Assembly (NCBI GenBank): GCA_019241645.1
Contig: JAFAWQ010000017.1
Location: 1,973-65,972, forward strand
Direction of reading: 5' to 3'
DNA length: 64,000 bases
Source: Alphaproteobacteria bacterium
GTDB lineage: Bacteria; Pseudomonadota; Alphaproteobacteria; Micropepsales; Micropepsaceae
In this document: in pieces, positions 1-9,811 of the stretch
Numbering within the stretch: the stretch's first letter is position 1
How the letters are laid out: the number at the start of each line of letters is the position of its first letter
Position numbers and translations under genes: made by a program
The notes under the pieces: generated by a model
Databases searched by the model: none
Told to the model about the DNA's origin: nothing
Seen by the model: only the letters and a program-made list of their open reading frames with translations

Positions 1-805
1 CGACAAGCGTCGGTGGAATGCCGACGACCGAGACGATGGTCAGGACCTTGAAGATGTCGTTCTGCTCGGTGTTGATGAAACCCAGCACGGCATCCAGCAG
101 GAATTGAACCTTGTTGGACAGGTGAATTTCGAAATCGGAGAGGGATTGCAGGTCCTGTGCCGCAGTGTGCAGCCGGGTGACGGCCTCTACGGATATCCAG
201 CTCTTCGCGTTGTCAACGGCGTAAGGAACGATGCGCTGCAAGCCGAGCAGACTTTCCCGGATTTGCGACAGCTTCTCGCCGCGCTCGCCGACATCCGCCA
301 GGATCTGACGCAACGCGAGATTTGATCTGGCGATGTTGCGTGCCCGCGCGTTGCCGTAATTCCGGAAGACCCGGCGCGAGACGCCGACCATCTCCATGCC
401 GATCTGCTCGAGCGCGTCGGCAGCATAATCGGTGATCCCTTCGATTAGGGTCGCAAATACGGCGCAGCTCGTCTTGGCGCCTTCACCCTGGTTGAAACGC
501 TCGATCGCGAGGTCGAATCCGTGCAGATGCGTAAAACGAATCGTCAAGAGGACATCTCTTGTGAGGACGAAGCCCAGCGCGGTGGGCATGTCCTCGTCCG
601 CATGCGCCACCACGGGCATGTTGAGATGAATCTCGCCGTTGCGCTGCGACAGGCGGCTGGACGACTCGATTTCCTCGAGTTGCGCGCGGGACGGCACCTG
701 AAGATGCCATTCCGATTTTACGCGCGCTATTTCCTGCGGGGTCGGATCGAAAAGATCGATCCAGACGGGCCGATCACCGTGGGACGATGGGCAGACGTTC
801 AGCAC
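1..805 (-). CDS. corA: CorA-family Mg/Co transporter (3' end runs off the window)
   Basis: Not in the ORF track because it is edge-truncated. Manual translation from GTG at 805 gives MLNVCPSSHGDRPVWIDLFDPT...KVQFLLDAVLGFINTEQNDIFKVLTIVSVVGIPPTLV, the CorA stalk/TM1 signature. Confidence 0.9.
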   Translation of the reverse strand, partial: MLNVCPSSHGDRPVWIDLFDPTPQEIARVKSEWHLQVPSRAQLEEIESSSRLSQRNGEIHLNMPVVAHADEDMPTALGFVLTRDVLLTIRFTHLHGFDLAIERFNQGEGAKTSCAVFATLIEGITDYAADALEQIGMEMVGVSRRVFRNYGNARARNIARSNLALRQILADVGERGEKLSQIRESLLGLQRIVPYAVDNAKSWISVEAVTRLHTAAQDLQSLSDFEIHLSNKVQFLLDAVLGFINTEQNDIFKVLTIVSVVGIPPTLV

Positions 806-931
806 GAGAAGGAATCAACTGCGAATTCCAGCAAAGCCTAGAACCTCCGGCCCGCGCAGGCCAGACTGCCGTCACTGCTTGTTGCCTTACAGAACCGGCG
901 AGTGGATGGCATTGCGGAACGAAGCCGCCAG

Positions 932-1300
932 CTATCGGTAGACGATTGCGCCGGGCAAGCCGGAAAAATGTCCGTCGCACGTCAACAGGTCGGCGCCTTC
1001 GTTCTGGGCTGTTGCATGGACGATGGCGTCAGCAGTCGCCAGCCCGTGCTGGCGGTGTGATTCCACGGCCAGCAGCGCCAGCCGCGTGTCCAGAGGAACA
1101 ACTTTGCATTTCATGCTGAAGGCCATGACACGATCTGCCTCGTCCTCGCCTTTCTCGCGTAGCAGCCATTTCGCAAGTTCAAGCTGCACGATGGTAGGGA
1201 CGATCCATTGCGTCCGTTCGGGCAGTTCTCTTTCCAATCGTTTCCCGAGGGCGCTGCCGGTTAGCCATTCGATCCAGGCGGACGTATCCACCACCCGCAT
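932..1300 (-). CDS. vapC: VapC PIN-domain toxin
   Basis: 122 aa; N-terminal VVDTSAWIE, ADA and LLTCD acidic PIN motifs; ATG overlaps the antitoxin stop. Confidence 0.92.
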   Translation of the reverse strand: MRVVDTSAWIEWLTGSALGKRLERELPERTQWIVPTIVQLELAKWLLREKGEDEADRVMAFSMKCKVVPLDTRLALLAVESHRQHGLATADAIVHATAQNEGADLLTCDGHFSGLPGAIVYR

Positions 1301-1512
1301 CAGAATCGATCTCTGCGATCGCGGTAGCCGGTTTTCTTGGCACCCTTGGCGAGACCGGTCAGTTCCTTTTGCTCCGGTACAGGCATCACCAGGACGCCGT
1401 GGCCCTTGGGAATGAAAACGAATTCCTGTCCCGGCCGCCAGCGCTGATGTTCGCGCACGGCTTTCGGGATGGAAATCTGGAACTTTTCAGAAAGGGTTGC
1501 CGTCGCCGTCAT
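1300..1512 (-). CDS. vapB: AbrB/MazE/SpoVT-family antitoxin
   Basis: 70 aa from ATG 1512 (inside track ORF 1300..1722): MTATATLSEKFQISIPKAVRE swapped-hairpin motif, directly upstream of vapC. Confidence 0.88.
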   Translation of the reverse strand: MTATATLSEKFQISIPKAVREHQRWRPGQEFVFIPKGHGVLVMPVPEQKELTGLAKGAKKTGYRDRRDRF

Positions 1513-1554
1513 TGTCTTACCCTGATATGATCGATATCGACTATGTAAGACAAT
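1511..1554. promoter_or_regulatory. Probable TA autoregulatory operator (inverted repeat)
   Basis: Perfect 10-bp inverted repeat ATTGTCTTAC (1511-1520) / GTAAGACAAT (1545-1554) with internal palindrome TCGATATCGA (1531-1540), overlapping the antitoxin start. Confidence 0.6.
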
Positions 1555-1640
1555 AGGAGGCAGGCGCCGGCCGCGCAAGCCGGTACATAGGACCGCTCTG
1601 GCAGGCGGCCTAAAACGCAGCGAAATAAGAAAAGACCTGA

Positions 1641-4358
1641 CTAAACCAGAGCGCCGTGGCAATGCTTGAATTTCCGTCCCGAGCCGCATGGGCAGGGGGC
1701 GTTGCGCTGGACCTTGCCCCACGTGGCTGGATCGTTGGGATCTACCGGGACTTCCTCCAGACGGGAGACCCGGTGGCGCATGGATACAGGAGCCATTTCG
1801 TCTTCACCGGTTAGCGGATCGATATGCGATGCCTGCATGGGCCCAAGTGTTCGATCAAAGGTGGGCGGTGGCGCTTCCATATTGATCTGCAGATGCATGA
1901 GCTGTTGGACGACTCCGGTGCGCATCTTCGCAAGCAATGCCTCGAAAAGCTCGAACGCCTCGCTCTTATACTCGTTAAGCGGATCGCGCTGACCATATCC
2001 GCGCAGACCGACATATTGGCGCAGGTGGTCCAGATTTACGATGTGCTCGCGCCAGTCGTGGTCCAAGGTCTGGAGCAGAATCGATTTCTCGATGTAGCGC
2101 ATCAGGTCCGGGCCGACATTGGCGGCCCGTTCGGCGGCTCGCGCATCGACCATCTTTATGATGCGCTCGCGCACTTCTTCGTCGGCGATGCCCTCTTCTT
2201 TCGTCCATTCGACAATCGGCAAATCGACACCGAAAATCTTTTCCACTTCCTCGTGCAGCCCGGCGGCGTCCCATTGCTCTGCGTAGGCGCGCTCTGGAAT
2301 GTGGCGGGCAACGAGATCCTCGATCACCTGAGTGCGAAAATCCGCTACCTGATCGCTGACGTCGTCGGCGCGCATGATGTCGCGCCGCTGCTCGAAGATC
2401 ACGCGCCGCTGGTCGTGCTGCACGTTGTCATATTTGAGGATATTCTTGCGAATTTCGAAGTTGCGCGCCTCGACCTTCTGCTGCGCCTTTTCCAACGCTT
2501 TGTTCACCCAGGGATGCGCAATGGCTTCTCCCTGCTCGAGTCCCAGCCGGGTCAGGATCGCGTCCATGCGCTGGGAGCCGAAGATGCGCATCAAATCGTC
2601 TTGCAGACTTAGAAAGAACTTGGACGCGCCGGGATCGCCCTGGCGCCCCGAACGGCCGCGTAGCTGATTGTCGATGCGCCGGCTTTCGTGGCGCTCCGTG
2701 CCGACGATGTATAGACCGCCTGCCGCAAGTACCTTCTCCTTGTCGGCGGCGACTTCCGCCCTAATCTCTTCAGCGCGACGCGCGAATTCCTGCTCGTCGA
2801 GCAGCCCACCCAACTCCGATCTGATGCGCATATCGGCGTTGCCGCCCAGCTGAATGTCGGTGCCGCGACCCGCCATGTTCGTCGCAATGGTCACAGTGCC
2901 GGAGACGCCAGCTTGTGCGACGATCACGGCTTCCTGCTCGTGGTAGCGGGCGTTTAGCACATTGTGCCTGATCTTTCGGCTCTTCAGGAGATCGGAAAGC
3001 TGCTCGGATTTCTCGATGGATGTGGTGCCGACAAGCACCGGCTGACTACGGGTTCTGCAATCCTCAATGAGCTTGATGATGGCGTCGTTCTTCTCGTCGA
3101 TCGTACGGTAGACTTCGTCATCGCTATCGACGCGGATCATCGGACGGTTGGTCGGCACTTCCGCGACATCGAGCTTGTAGATATCCATGAACTCGGCCGC
3201 CTCGGTGAGCGCGGTCCCGGTCATGCCAGCCAGTTTGCCGTAAAGGCGGAAGTAGTTCTGGAAGGTGATCGAGGCGAGGGTGACGTTCTCAGGCTCGACA
3301 TGGACGCCTTCTTTCGCCTCAAGCGCCTGGTGCAGCCCTTCGGAATAGCGGCGGCCTTCCATCATCCGGCCGGTGAATTCGTCAATGATGACGACTTTAC
3401 CGTCCTTCACGATGTAGTCCCGGTCGCGGTCAAAAATCGTATGGGCCTTCAGCGCCTGATTGACGTGATGGACCATCGTAATGTTCTCGATGTCGTAGAG
3501 GTCGCCCGATTCGAGCAGCCCTGCCTCTTGCAGGAGAACGGCCATCCGCTCGTTGCCGGCATCGGTCAGGGTGACGGTCTTCTGTTTCTCGTCGAGTTCG
3601 TAATCGTCCCTCTCCAAGCGAGGAATCAGCGCGTCGACACTGCGATAGAGTTCCGTGTGATCCTCGGTCGGGCCGGAAATGATCAGTGGAGTTCGCGCTT
3701 CGTCGATAAGAATGGAATCGACTTCGTCCACGATCGCAAAGAAATGCTCACGCTGCACCATCGTGGCGATGGAGTATTTCATATTGTCGCGCAGATAGTC
3801 GAAGCCGTACTCGTTGTTGGTCCCGTAGGTCACATCGGCGTTGTAGGCCTCCTTGCGCTGCTCGTCGGTAAGCCCGTGCACGATACAGCCCACGGTCAGG
3901 CCAAGGAATTTGTAGATCTGGCCCATCCAGTCGGCGTCGCGTTTGGCGAGGTAATCGTTGACCGTCACGACATGCACGCCCTTGCCGGCCAGCGCATTCA
4001 GGTAAACGGGCAGGGTGGCGACCAGCGTCTTGCCTTCGCCTGTCTTCATTTCCGCAATGCGGCCCTGATGCAGCACCATGCCCCCTACCAGCTGCACGTC
4101 GAAATGCCGCTGTCCAAGGGTGCGCTTGGCCGCCTCGCGGACAACCGCGAAAGCCTCCGGCAGCAGGTCGTCGAGAGTTTCGCCTTTTTGCAGCCGCTCG
4201 CGGAAAGCGGGCGTCATCGCCCGTAATTCCTCATCGGACATTACCAGGAAGCGCGGCTCCAGCGCATTGATCTCCTCCACCCGCTTGAACAGGGGGCGGA
4301 GTTTGCGGTCGTTCACGGAACCGAAAAATCGCTGCGCGATGGCGCTGAAGCCGAGCAT
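1641..4358 (-). CDS. secA: Preprotein translocase ATPase SecA
   Basis: 905 aa; MKTGEGKT Walker [21 protein letters not shown]-terminal [18 protein letters not shown]. Confidence 0.99.
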   Translation of the reverse strand: MLGFSAIAQRFFGSVNDRKLRPLFKRVEEINALEPRFLVMSDEELRAMTPAFRERLQKGETLDDLLPEAFAVVREAAKRTLGQRHFDVQLVGGMVLHQGRIAEMKTGEGKTLVATLPVYLNALAGKGVHVVTVNDYLAKRDADWMGQIYKFLGLTVGCIVHGLTDEQRKEAYNADVTYGTNNEYGFDYLRDNMKYSIATMVQREHFFAIVDEVDSILIDEARTPLIISGPTEDHTELYRSVDALIPRLERDDYELDEKQKTVTLTDAGNERMAVLLQEAGLLESGDLYDIENITMVHHVNQALKAHTIFDRDRDYIVKDGKVVIIDEFTGRMMEGRRYSEGLHQALEAKEGVHVEPENVTLASITFQNYFRLYGKLAGMTGTALTEAAEFMDIYKLDVAEVPTNRPMIRVDSDDEVYRTIDEKNDAIIKLIEDCRTRSQPVLVGTTSIEKSEQLSDLLKSRKIRHNVLNARYHEQEAVIVAQAGVSGTVTIATNMAGRGTDIQLGGNADMRIRSELGGLLDEQEFARRAEEIRAEVAADKEKVLAAGGLYIVGTERHESRRIDNQLRGRSGRQGDPGASKFFLSLQDDLMRIFGSQRMDAILTRLGLEQGEAIAHPWVNKALEKAQQKVEARNFEIRKNILKYDNVQHDQRRVIFEQRRDIMRADDVSDQVADFRTQVIEDLVARHIPERAYAEQWDAAGLHEEVEKIFGVDLPIVEWTKEEGIADEEVRERIIKMVDARAAERAANVGPDLMRYIEKSILLQTLDHDWREHIVNLDHLRQYVGLRGYGQRDPLNEYKSEAFELFEALLAKMRTGVVQQLMHLQINMEAPPPTFDRTLGPMQASHIDPLTGEDEMAPVSMRHRVSRLEEVPVDPNDPATWGKVQRNAPCPCGSGRKFKHCHGALV

Positions 4359-4530
4359 GAAATCCTCAAGGTGGGTGGCCGTGGCCAGCCGGATATGCCG
4401 GCATGCGCGCCAGCCATCCGGAAAGTCCCAGGCGGCGCGCGGCCAGAGACATAGGAACCGGCCTGTCCCTTGTCAATTCGGGCGTTTCTGTCGCAATTGG
4501 TGCGGTTCGGGCGTCCGGAGATATCGCGGC

Positions 4531-5814
4531 GTGGCACGGAAAGAGGCAAAAAGATCAAGCGCAAAAAAGCCTCGATGGGCGCTCAAAATCCATCGTGCGC
4601 CTCTGGCTCCCGAGAGGTACCCGTGGCTGCCTGCCTTGGAAGGTGTGACCTTGGCGACGGGGATCGCAGGAATTCGTCATCGCGACAGGCCTGACGTTCT
4701 CCTTGTGAGCCTTCCAGCGAACACTCGGGCGGCAGGTGTTTTCACCCGATCCAAAACGGCCTCGGCCCCGGTGGAATGGTGTCGCCGCCAACTCCGCGGG
4801 GGCAGGGCGCGGGCGCTGATCGTAAACAGTGGAAACGCCAACGCATTCACGGGGCGCGCCGGGGTGGATGCCGTGCGCGAGGTGGCAAAAGCCACGGCGG
4901 CGGCGGTAGGTGCCCTCGCATCCGAAGTGTTCGTTGCCTCGACCGGGGTGATCGGAGAGCCATTGCCAGTCGGGAAAATCATCGGGATCCTGGGTCGTCT
5001 GGCTCGAGATGGAAGTGATGGGGCCTGGCCCGCCGCGGCGCGGGCTATCATGACGACCGACACCTATCCCAAAGTCGCGACGGCGGTCGCTACAGTCGAT
5101 GGGCATCGGGTTAGGATCAACGGCATCGCCAAGGGCTCGGGAATGATCGCGCCGGACATGGCGACGTTGCTGTCGTTCGTGTTCACGGATGCAAACATCG
5201 TCGCGCCGGTTCTGCAACGACTGCTGCGCGAGGCGGCTGAGCCTTCGTTCAACAGCATCACGGTCGACAGCGACACGTCGACCAGCGACACACTGCTGCT
5301 GTTTGCCACCGGCTCGGCACAGCATCAGCCTGTGCGAAGAGCGAGCGACCTGCGCCTGGCCGATTTTCGCGCCAAGCTGAACGCCGTGCTGCTCGATCTG
5401 GCGCAGCAGGTGGTGCGCGATGGGGAAGGTGCACAAAAGCTTATCACGGTGGAGGTCACAGGGGCGACTTCCGCCAAATCAGCCCGCAGCGTCGCGCTCT
5501 CGATTGCCAATTCGCCGCTGGTGAAGACCGCCATCGCCGGTGGCGACGCAAACTGGGGACGCGTGGTGATGGCAATCGGCAAGGCGGGCGAACCGGCCGA
5601 CCGCGACAAGCTCGCGATCCGCTTCGGAGACCAGCTGGTCGCCGAGAAAGGCGCCCGCGGGGGGCGCTACGACGAAGCGGCGGCGACGCGGGCAGTTTCC
5701 GGCCGCGAGGTGAATATCGCGGTTGACCTGGGCTTGGGGAAAGGCCGCGCCCGAATCTACACTTGCGACCTGACCGAAGGTTACATCCGCATCAACGGCA
5801 GCTACCGCAGTTAG
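4531..5814 (+). CDS. argJ: Bifunctional ornithine acetyltransferase/N-acetylglutamate synthase
   Basis: NSGNANAFTG, IMTTDT, AKGSGMIAPDMATLL and SPLVKTA motifs. Start placed at GTG 4531; the track extension to 4078 overlaps secA and is spurious. Confidence 0.95.
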   Translation: MARKEAKRSSAKKPRWALKIHRAPLAPERYPWLPALEGVTLATGIAGIRHRDRPDVLLVSLPANTRAAGVFTRSKTASAPVEWCRRQLRGGRARALIVNSGNANAFTGRAGVDAVREVAKATAAAVGALASEVFVASTGVIGEPLPVGKIIGILGRLARDGSDGAWPAAARAIMTTDTYPKVATAVATVDGHRVRINGIAKGSGMIAPDMATLLSFVFTDANIVAPVLQRLLREAAEPSFNSITVDSDTSTSDTLLLFATGSAQHQPVRRASDLRLADFRAKLNAVLLDLAQQVVRDGEGAQKLITVEVTGATSAKSARSVALSIANSPLVKTAIAGGDANWGRVVMAIGKAGEPADRDKLAIRFGDQLVAEKGARGGRYDEAAATRAVSGREVNIAVDLGLGKGRARIYTCDLTEGYIRINGSYRS

Positions 5815-5906
5815 TAACATGGGCATCGCCGGCTCGTGACAACGCCAAGCAGTGCGGAAGATTCAAACCGAAACGTTCCAAGATTGAGGCAGGGCTGCCG
5901 CAGTTC

Positions 5907-5921
5907 TTAAGCGTGTGTTAA
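5907..5921. promoter_or_regulatory. CtrA-type binding site (TTAA-N7-TTAA)
   Basis: TTAA GCGTGTG TTAA, 30 nt upstream of the mutT ATG; exact match to the alphaproteobacterial CtrA core consensus. Confidence 0.7.
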
Positions 5922-5950
5922 GCGCCTTGTGGCATTTTTGGAGACTTCGC

Positions 5951-6352
5951 ATGGTCCTGACAGTATTGGTTGCGGCCTGTGCGCTCATCGATCCCGACGG
6001 CCGCGTGCTTATCGCGCAGCGCCCGCCGGAAAAAACAATGGCTGGGCTATGGGAGTTTCCAGGCGGCAAGGTCGAAGAGGAGGAGACGCCGGAAGCGGCG
6101 CTGATCCGCGAGTTGTGCGAAGAGCTGGGGATCGCGGTAACGCCGGCCTGTCTCGCCCCTTTCACGTTCGCTTCCCACGCTTATCCCGAATTCCACCTGC
6201 TCATGCCGCTTTATCTCTGCCGGCGCTGGGAGGGCACGCCACTCGCGCGCGAGCATTCGGCCCTGAAATGGGTCCCGGCGCGCGAGCTTTCCTCATGGCC
6301 GATGCCAGCGGCGGATCTGCCCCTCATTCCAATGCTGCGCGATCTGCTGTGA
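5951..6352 (+). CDS. mutT: Nudix 8-oxo-dGTP diphosphatase
   Basis: WEFPGGKVEEEETPEAALIRELCEELG Nudix box; start at ATG 5951. Confidence 0.92.
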   Translation: MVLTVLVAACALIDPDGRVLIAQRPPEKTMAGLWEFPGGKVEEEETPEAALIRELCEELGIAVTPACLAPFTFASHAYPEFHLLMPLYLCRRWEGTPLAREHSALKWVPARELSSWPMPAADLPLIPMLRDLL

Positions 6353-6501
6353 CCCAATTCGCGCGCGACGAAGCGGGTGTCACCGCCATCGAATACTGCA
6401 TGATTGCAAGCTTTATCTCGATCATGATCGTGACGGGGGCGACCGGCATCGGCCAGACCCTGCTGGGGTTCTTCCAAGGCGTGATGTCCGGCTTTCACTA
6501 G
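6349..6501 (+). CDS. flp: Flp-family type IVb pilin
   Basis: 50 aa from a GTG overlapping the mutT stop (GTGA): MTQFARDEAG|VTAIEYCMIASFISIMIVTG, with the Flp G|xxxxEY motif and hydrophobic helix. Confidence 0.85.
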   Translation: MTQFARDEAGVTAIEYCMIASFISIMIVTGATGIGQTLLGFFQGVMSGFH

Positions 6502-7292
6502 TCTTTGATCGGCTCAGACGGGCCCCAGCCGGTCAGATAAACCACGTCGAACGTGGCACGCAGGCGTCTTTCTTGGTCCGAATGACTGCGTTGATAGTGA
6601 GCGAGACAGGCCCGCAGCACATCTCTGCGCAAGAATTGTTGGCTGCGCTGCAGCATGACATTGGTTTCGCCAAGCGTCCTGAGATCCGACACGAGCGCGA
6701 AAAAATCGCGATAGCCTACGGTCGTGCGTTCCACGTCTGAAACCGGACTCATGAAGCCAGCCCGTTGCAGCAAGGCGCCGATATCTCGCACATCCGCAAA
6801 AGGAGCAACACGAGGCGTTATTCCGCCCGTCACCTCGCTCTCGGCCGCCGCAAAAGAGTCACGCAATTCGCTCAACGTTTCGCCTCCGAGCAAGGCGCCC
6901 ACGAACAACCCCCCTGGTTTGAGCGCATGTCGGATCTGGATAAGGGCGCCAGGCAAATCGTTGACGGCATGAAGCGACAAAACGCTCGTAATCAGATGAA
7001 ATGACTGCGGACCGAATGGGATCGCTTCTTCGTCGGCCACGACGGCAGCCGAGGAAGGCAATCCGCAGCCCGGCGTCGATTTGATCCACATTCCGGCCAT
7101 ATCCCGGAGCTGCGCGAAGGAGGCCGGACGCGATGACAAATCCAGGGCAAGTTGGGGAGCGCCGGACCATGCGCTGATCCGCTCCGCGATATTTTGTGCA
7201 GCATCGGCAACGAGAAATTCCGCAGCATCCGATCTGGCACGATGCTGCGCATACAGTCGCCGGTCAAAAATCTGCGGCGGTGGTCTCGTCAT
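6498..7292 (-). CDS. SAM-dependent methyltransferase (BioC/NDUFAF5-like)
   Basis: ADEEAIPF, SVLSLHAVNDLPGAL, GGETLSELR, PRVAPF motifs; usual position divergent from comF. Confidence 0.85.
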   Translation of the reverse strand: MTRPPPQIFDRRLYAQHRARSDAAEFLVADAAQNIAERISAWSGAPQLALDLSSRPASFAQLRDMAGMWIKSTPGCGLPSSAAVVADEEAIPFGPQSFHLITSVLSLHAVNDLPGALIQIRHALKPGGLFVGALLGGETLSELRDSFAAAESEVTGGITPRVAPFADVRDIGALLQRAGFMSPVSDVERTTVGYRDFFALVSDLRTLGETNVMLQRSQQFLRRDVLRACLAHYQRSHSDQERRLRATFDVVYLTGWGPSEPIKD

Positions 7293-7331
7293 CTGTCGCG
7301 TCTGGCTCCTGTCGCGCTAAGCTAGCGCGGG

Positions 7332-8120
7332 ATGGTTGAAATGTTCGAGATTTCCCTAAAGGCGCTGTTCGCGGCACCGGCAAAGCGTGCAGGCAAGGCG
7401 GTGCTCGATCTTCTTTATCCGCCGCTGTGCCTCGGGTGCCGGTCGCCGGTAGCCGACCCAAGGGCGCTCTGTGGCGAGTGCTGGAAAAGGATCACGTTTT
7501 TCGACGGACCGATGTGCCAGCGTTGCGGACTCCCATTCGAGGTCGATCCGGGCGTCGATTCCCTTTGTATATCCTGCCTTGCCCAGCCGCCGGTGTTCGA
7601 TATGGCGCGGGCCGCGGTGGCATACGACGACGCGAGCAAGGGAGCCATTCTGGCATTAAAGCGCACGGACCGGCTCGAGTTCGCCAATCTTTTCACGCTG
7701 TGGCTCCGGCGCGCCGGTCAGCGGCTGCTTGACCAAGCGGACCTTATCGTGCCTGTGCCGTTGCACCGATGGCGCCTGTTGACGCGCCGCTACAACCAGT
7801 CCGCGGTTCTGGCCCAACGCCTCCACAAGATGAGTGGCCGGCCTTATGACCCTTTCGTGCTTGTCCGGACCCGCTCGACGGGAAGCCAAGGCGATATGCC
7901 TTCAGCGAGGGCACGGCAGCGAAACGTTCGGGGGGCTTTTCGGGTTGCCCCCGCCCGGGCCGCGGCGATCGCCGGCCGCACGGTCCTGCTGATCGACGAT
8001 GTTTTGACCACAGGGGCCACTGTCGAGGCTTGTGCGCGGGCGTTGAAACGGGCCGGGGCGGCTCGTGTACTGGTACTTACTGTCGCGCGCGTTGCTCGCC
8101 CCCTCCCGCGGGATATATAG
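7332..8120 (+). CDS. comF: ComF-family protein (double zinc ribbon + PRTase)
   Basis: CxxC motifs CLGC, CGEC, CQRC, CISC, plus LLIDDVLTTGAT PRPP-binding loop. Confidence 0.9.
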   Translation: MVEMFEISLKALFAAPAKRAGKAVLDLLYPPLCLGCRSPVADPRALCGECWKRITFFDGPMCQRCGLPFEVDPGVDSLCISCLAQPPVFDMARAAVAYDDASKGAILALKRTDRLEFANLFTLWLRRAGQRLLDQADLIVPVPLHRWRLLTRRYNQSAVLAQRLHKMSGRPYDPFVLVRTRSTGSQGDMPSARARQRNVRGAFRVAPARAAAIAGRTVLLIDDVLTTGATVEACARALKRAGAARVLVLTVARVARPLPRDI

Positions 8121-8143
8121 AAGGGCAACAGTGTGTTGAGTCG

Positions 8144-8404
8144 ATGCCGAAGATCACGATCTATACCACGCCCATCTGCCCGTACTGCGTTCGCGCAAAA
8201 GCGCTGCTGAAAAAGAAGGGCGCTGGCTTCGAGGAGATCGATATTTTCATGGATACGGAAGCACGCCGGGAAATGGAGAGGAGGGCGAGCGGCCGCTACA
8301 CCGTTCCCCAGATTTTCATCGGCACACGACACGTGGGCGGCTGTGACGATCTTTATGCGTTGGAACGTGCTGGCGAGTTGGACGTGCTTCTGAACGCCGC
8401 ATGA
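8144..8404 (+). CDS. grxC: Glutaredoxin 3
   Basis: CPYC active site, TVPQIFI and VGGCDDL; start at ATG 8144. Confidence 0.95.
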   Translation: MPKITIYTTPICPYCVRAKALLKKKGAGFEEIDIFMDTEARREMERRASGRYTVPQIFIGTRHVGGCDDLYALERAGELDVLLNAA

Positions 8405-9222
8405 CAAAGTTCCGCGCCGCTTGCGTGCAGCTTTGTTCTTCCGACAGCCTGGAAGACAACGTCCGGACGGTGTCCGAACTGATCCGAGAAGCGAAATCAA
8501 AGGGTGCCGAATTCGTCGCCACACCCGAAAACACGACCCTTATGGCGGCTGATGGCGGAGCGAAACTTGATCGCAGTTTTTCAGAGGAGCGCGACCCAGC
8601 CCTGCCCGGGTTCCGGACCTTGGCGGAAGACCTCGGCATTTGGCTCCTGATCGGTTCCCTGCCGATCAAGGTCAGTGACAGCAAGACCGCAAACCGTTCT
8701 TTTCTGCTCGATCCCAAAGGACGGATCGCAGCGCGCTATGACAAGATCTTTCTGTTCGACGTCGATCTTCCAAACGGCGAAAGCTACAGAGAATCAAATA
8801 CTGTCGTGGGCGGCGAGAAAGCGGTCACCGGTGAATTGCCGTGGGGCCGCATGGGGCTTTCGATTTGTTACGACCTGCGCTTTCCCCAGCTGTATCGAAA
8901 ACTGGCGCAAGCCGGCAGTTCATTTCTGGCTGTGCCGAGCGCGTTCACGGAAACCACTGGCAAAGCACATTGGCATGTGTTGCTGCGAGCGAGAGCGATC
9001 GAGAATGGTACTTTTGTGATCGCGCCTGCTCAGGGTGGAACTCACGCCAATGGACGGCGGACCTATGGCCATTCGCTGATCGTATCCCCATGGGGCGACA
9101 TTCTTGCGGAGGCTGCTACAGAGCCTTGCGTTATTACGGCCGATATCGACACAGCCGAGGTAGAGGCGGCGCGTGCGCGCGTCCCCAGCCTTCTCCATGG
9201 TCGAGCGTTCTCCGGGCCGTAA
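8401..9222 (+). CDS. Carbon-nitrogen hydrolase (Nit1/deaminated glutathione amidase-like)
   Basis: Triad motifs ATPEN, YDKI(F)LFD, ICYDLRFP; also HWHVLLRARAIEN. Confidence 0.92.
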   Translation: MTKFRAACVQLCSSDSLEDNVRTVSELIREAKSKGAEFVATPENTTLMAADGGAKLDRSFSEERDPALPGFRTLAEDLGIWLLIGSLPIKVSDSKTANRSFLLDPKGRIAARYDKIFLFDVDLPNGESYRESNTVVGGEKAVTGELPWGRMGLSICYDLRFPQLYRKLAQAGSSFLAVPSAFTETTGKAHWHVLLRARAIENGTFVIAPAQGGTHANGRRTYGHSLIVSPWGDILAEAATEPCVITADIDTAEVEAARARVPSLLHGRAFSGP

Positions 9223-9340
9223 TGACTCTATGGGGATCGCCACAAGAACCATTGTGGCTGTACCTTCCGCTAGCGCGCTTGCCGTGCGACAGAATTCGCA
9301 CCATGTTCGGTGTAACTGCCATGTTTGGAGCGAAGTGCCC

Positions 9341-9802
9341 GTGATTCTCTATAATCTACTTTGTTTCCGGGGGCATGCATTCGAAGGGTGGTTCACCAGC
9401 ATTGCGGCTTATGATGAGCAAGCTGAGGGCGGGAAGCTCTTTTGTCCAATCTGCAACTCACGAAAAGTCGGCAAAGCGCCGATGGCTCCGGCCTTGGCCA
9501 CATCTATGAGCCAGTGCGAGCGCGTGGTCGCCGAAACACCCGTGAGGACGCAGGAAATTCCGCAACAGCTTCCTGACGAGCTTCGAAAAATGCGCCAGTT
9601 CGTGACGGGGCTGCGGACGTATGTTGAACAAAACGCGGAATATGTCGGCCGCAAGTTTCCAGACGAAGCCCGCAAGATTCACTACGGTGAGTCGGAGGAG
9701 CGTCATATTTATGGAGAGGCCTCGCTCCAGGAAGCCGCAGATCTGGTGGAAGAAGGGATCGATCTGGCACCGCTGCCGCCGGATTTGAACGAGACGAATT
9801 GA
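9341..9802 (+). CDS. DUF1178-family protein
   Basis: MILYNLLC..GHAFEGWF, CPIC, KAPMAP, EYVGRKFPDEARKIHYGE; conserved position after the hydrolase. Confidence 0.88.
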   Translation: MILYNLLCFRGHAFEGWFTSIAAYDEQAEGGKLFCPICNSRKVGKAPMAPALATSMSQCERVVAETPVRTQEIPQQLPDELRKMRQFVTGLRTYVEQNAEYVGRKFPDEARKIHYGESEERHIYGEASLQEAADLVEEGIDLAPLPPDLNETN

Positions 9803-9811
9803 CCGTCCTGC

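Noticed and set aside
2964-4226. 420-aa plus-strand ORF (also 1824..2612)
   Set aside because: Antisense shadow of secA caused by GC-biased codon usage; no motifs.
4078-4530. Long N-terminal extension of ArgJ in the ORF track
   Set aside because: Overlaps the secA 5' end and divergent promoter; ArgJ-like sequence starts near GTG 4531.
5929-6348. 190-aa ORF apparently fusing extra sequence to Flp
   Set aside because: The upstream part is an alternate frame of mutT; the pilin begins at GTG 6349.
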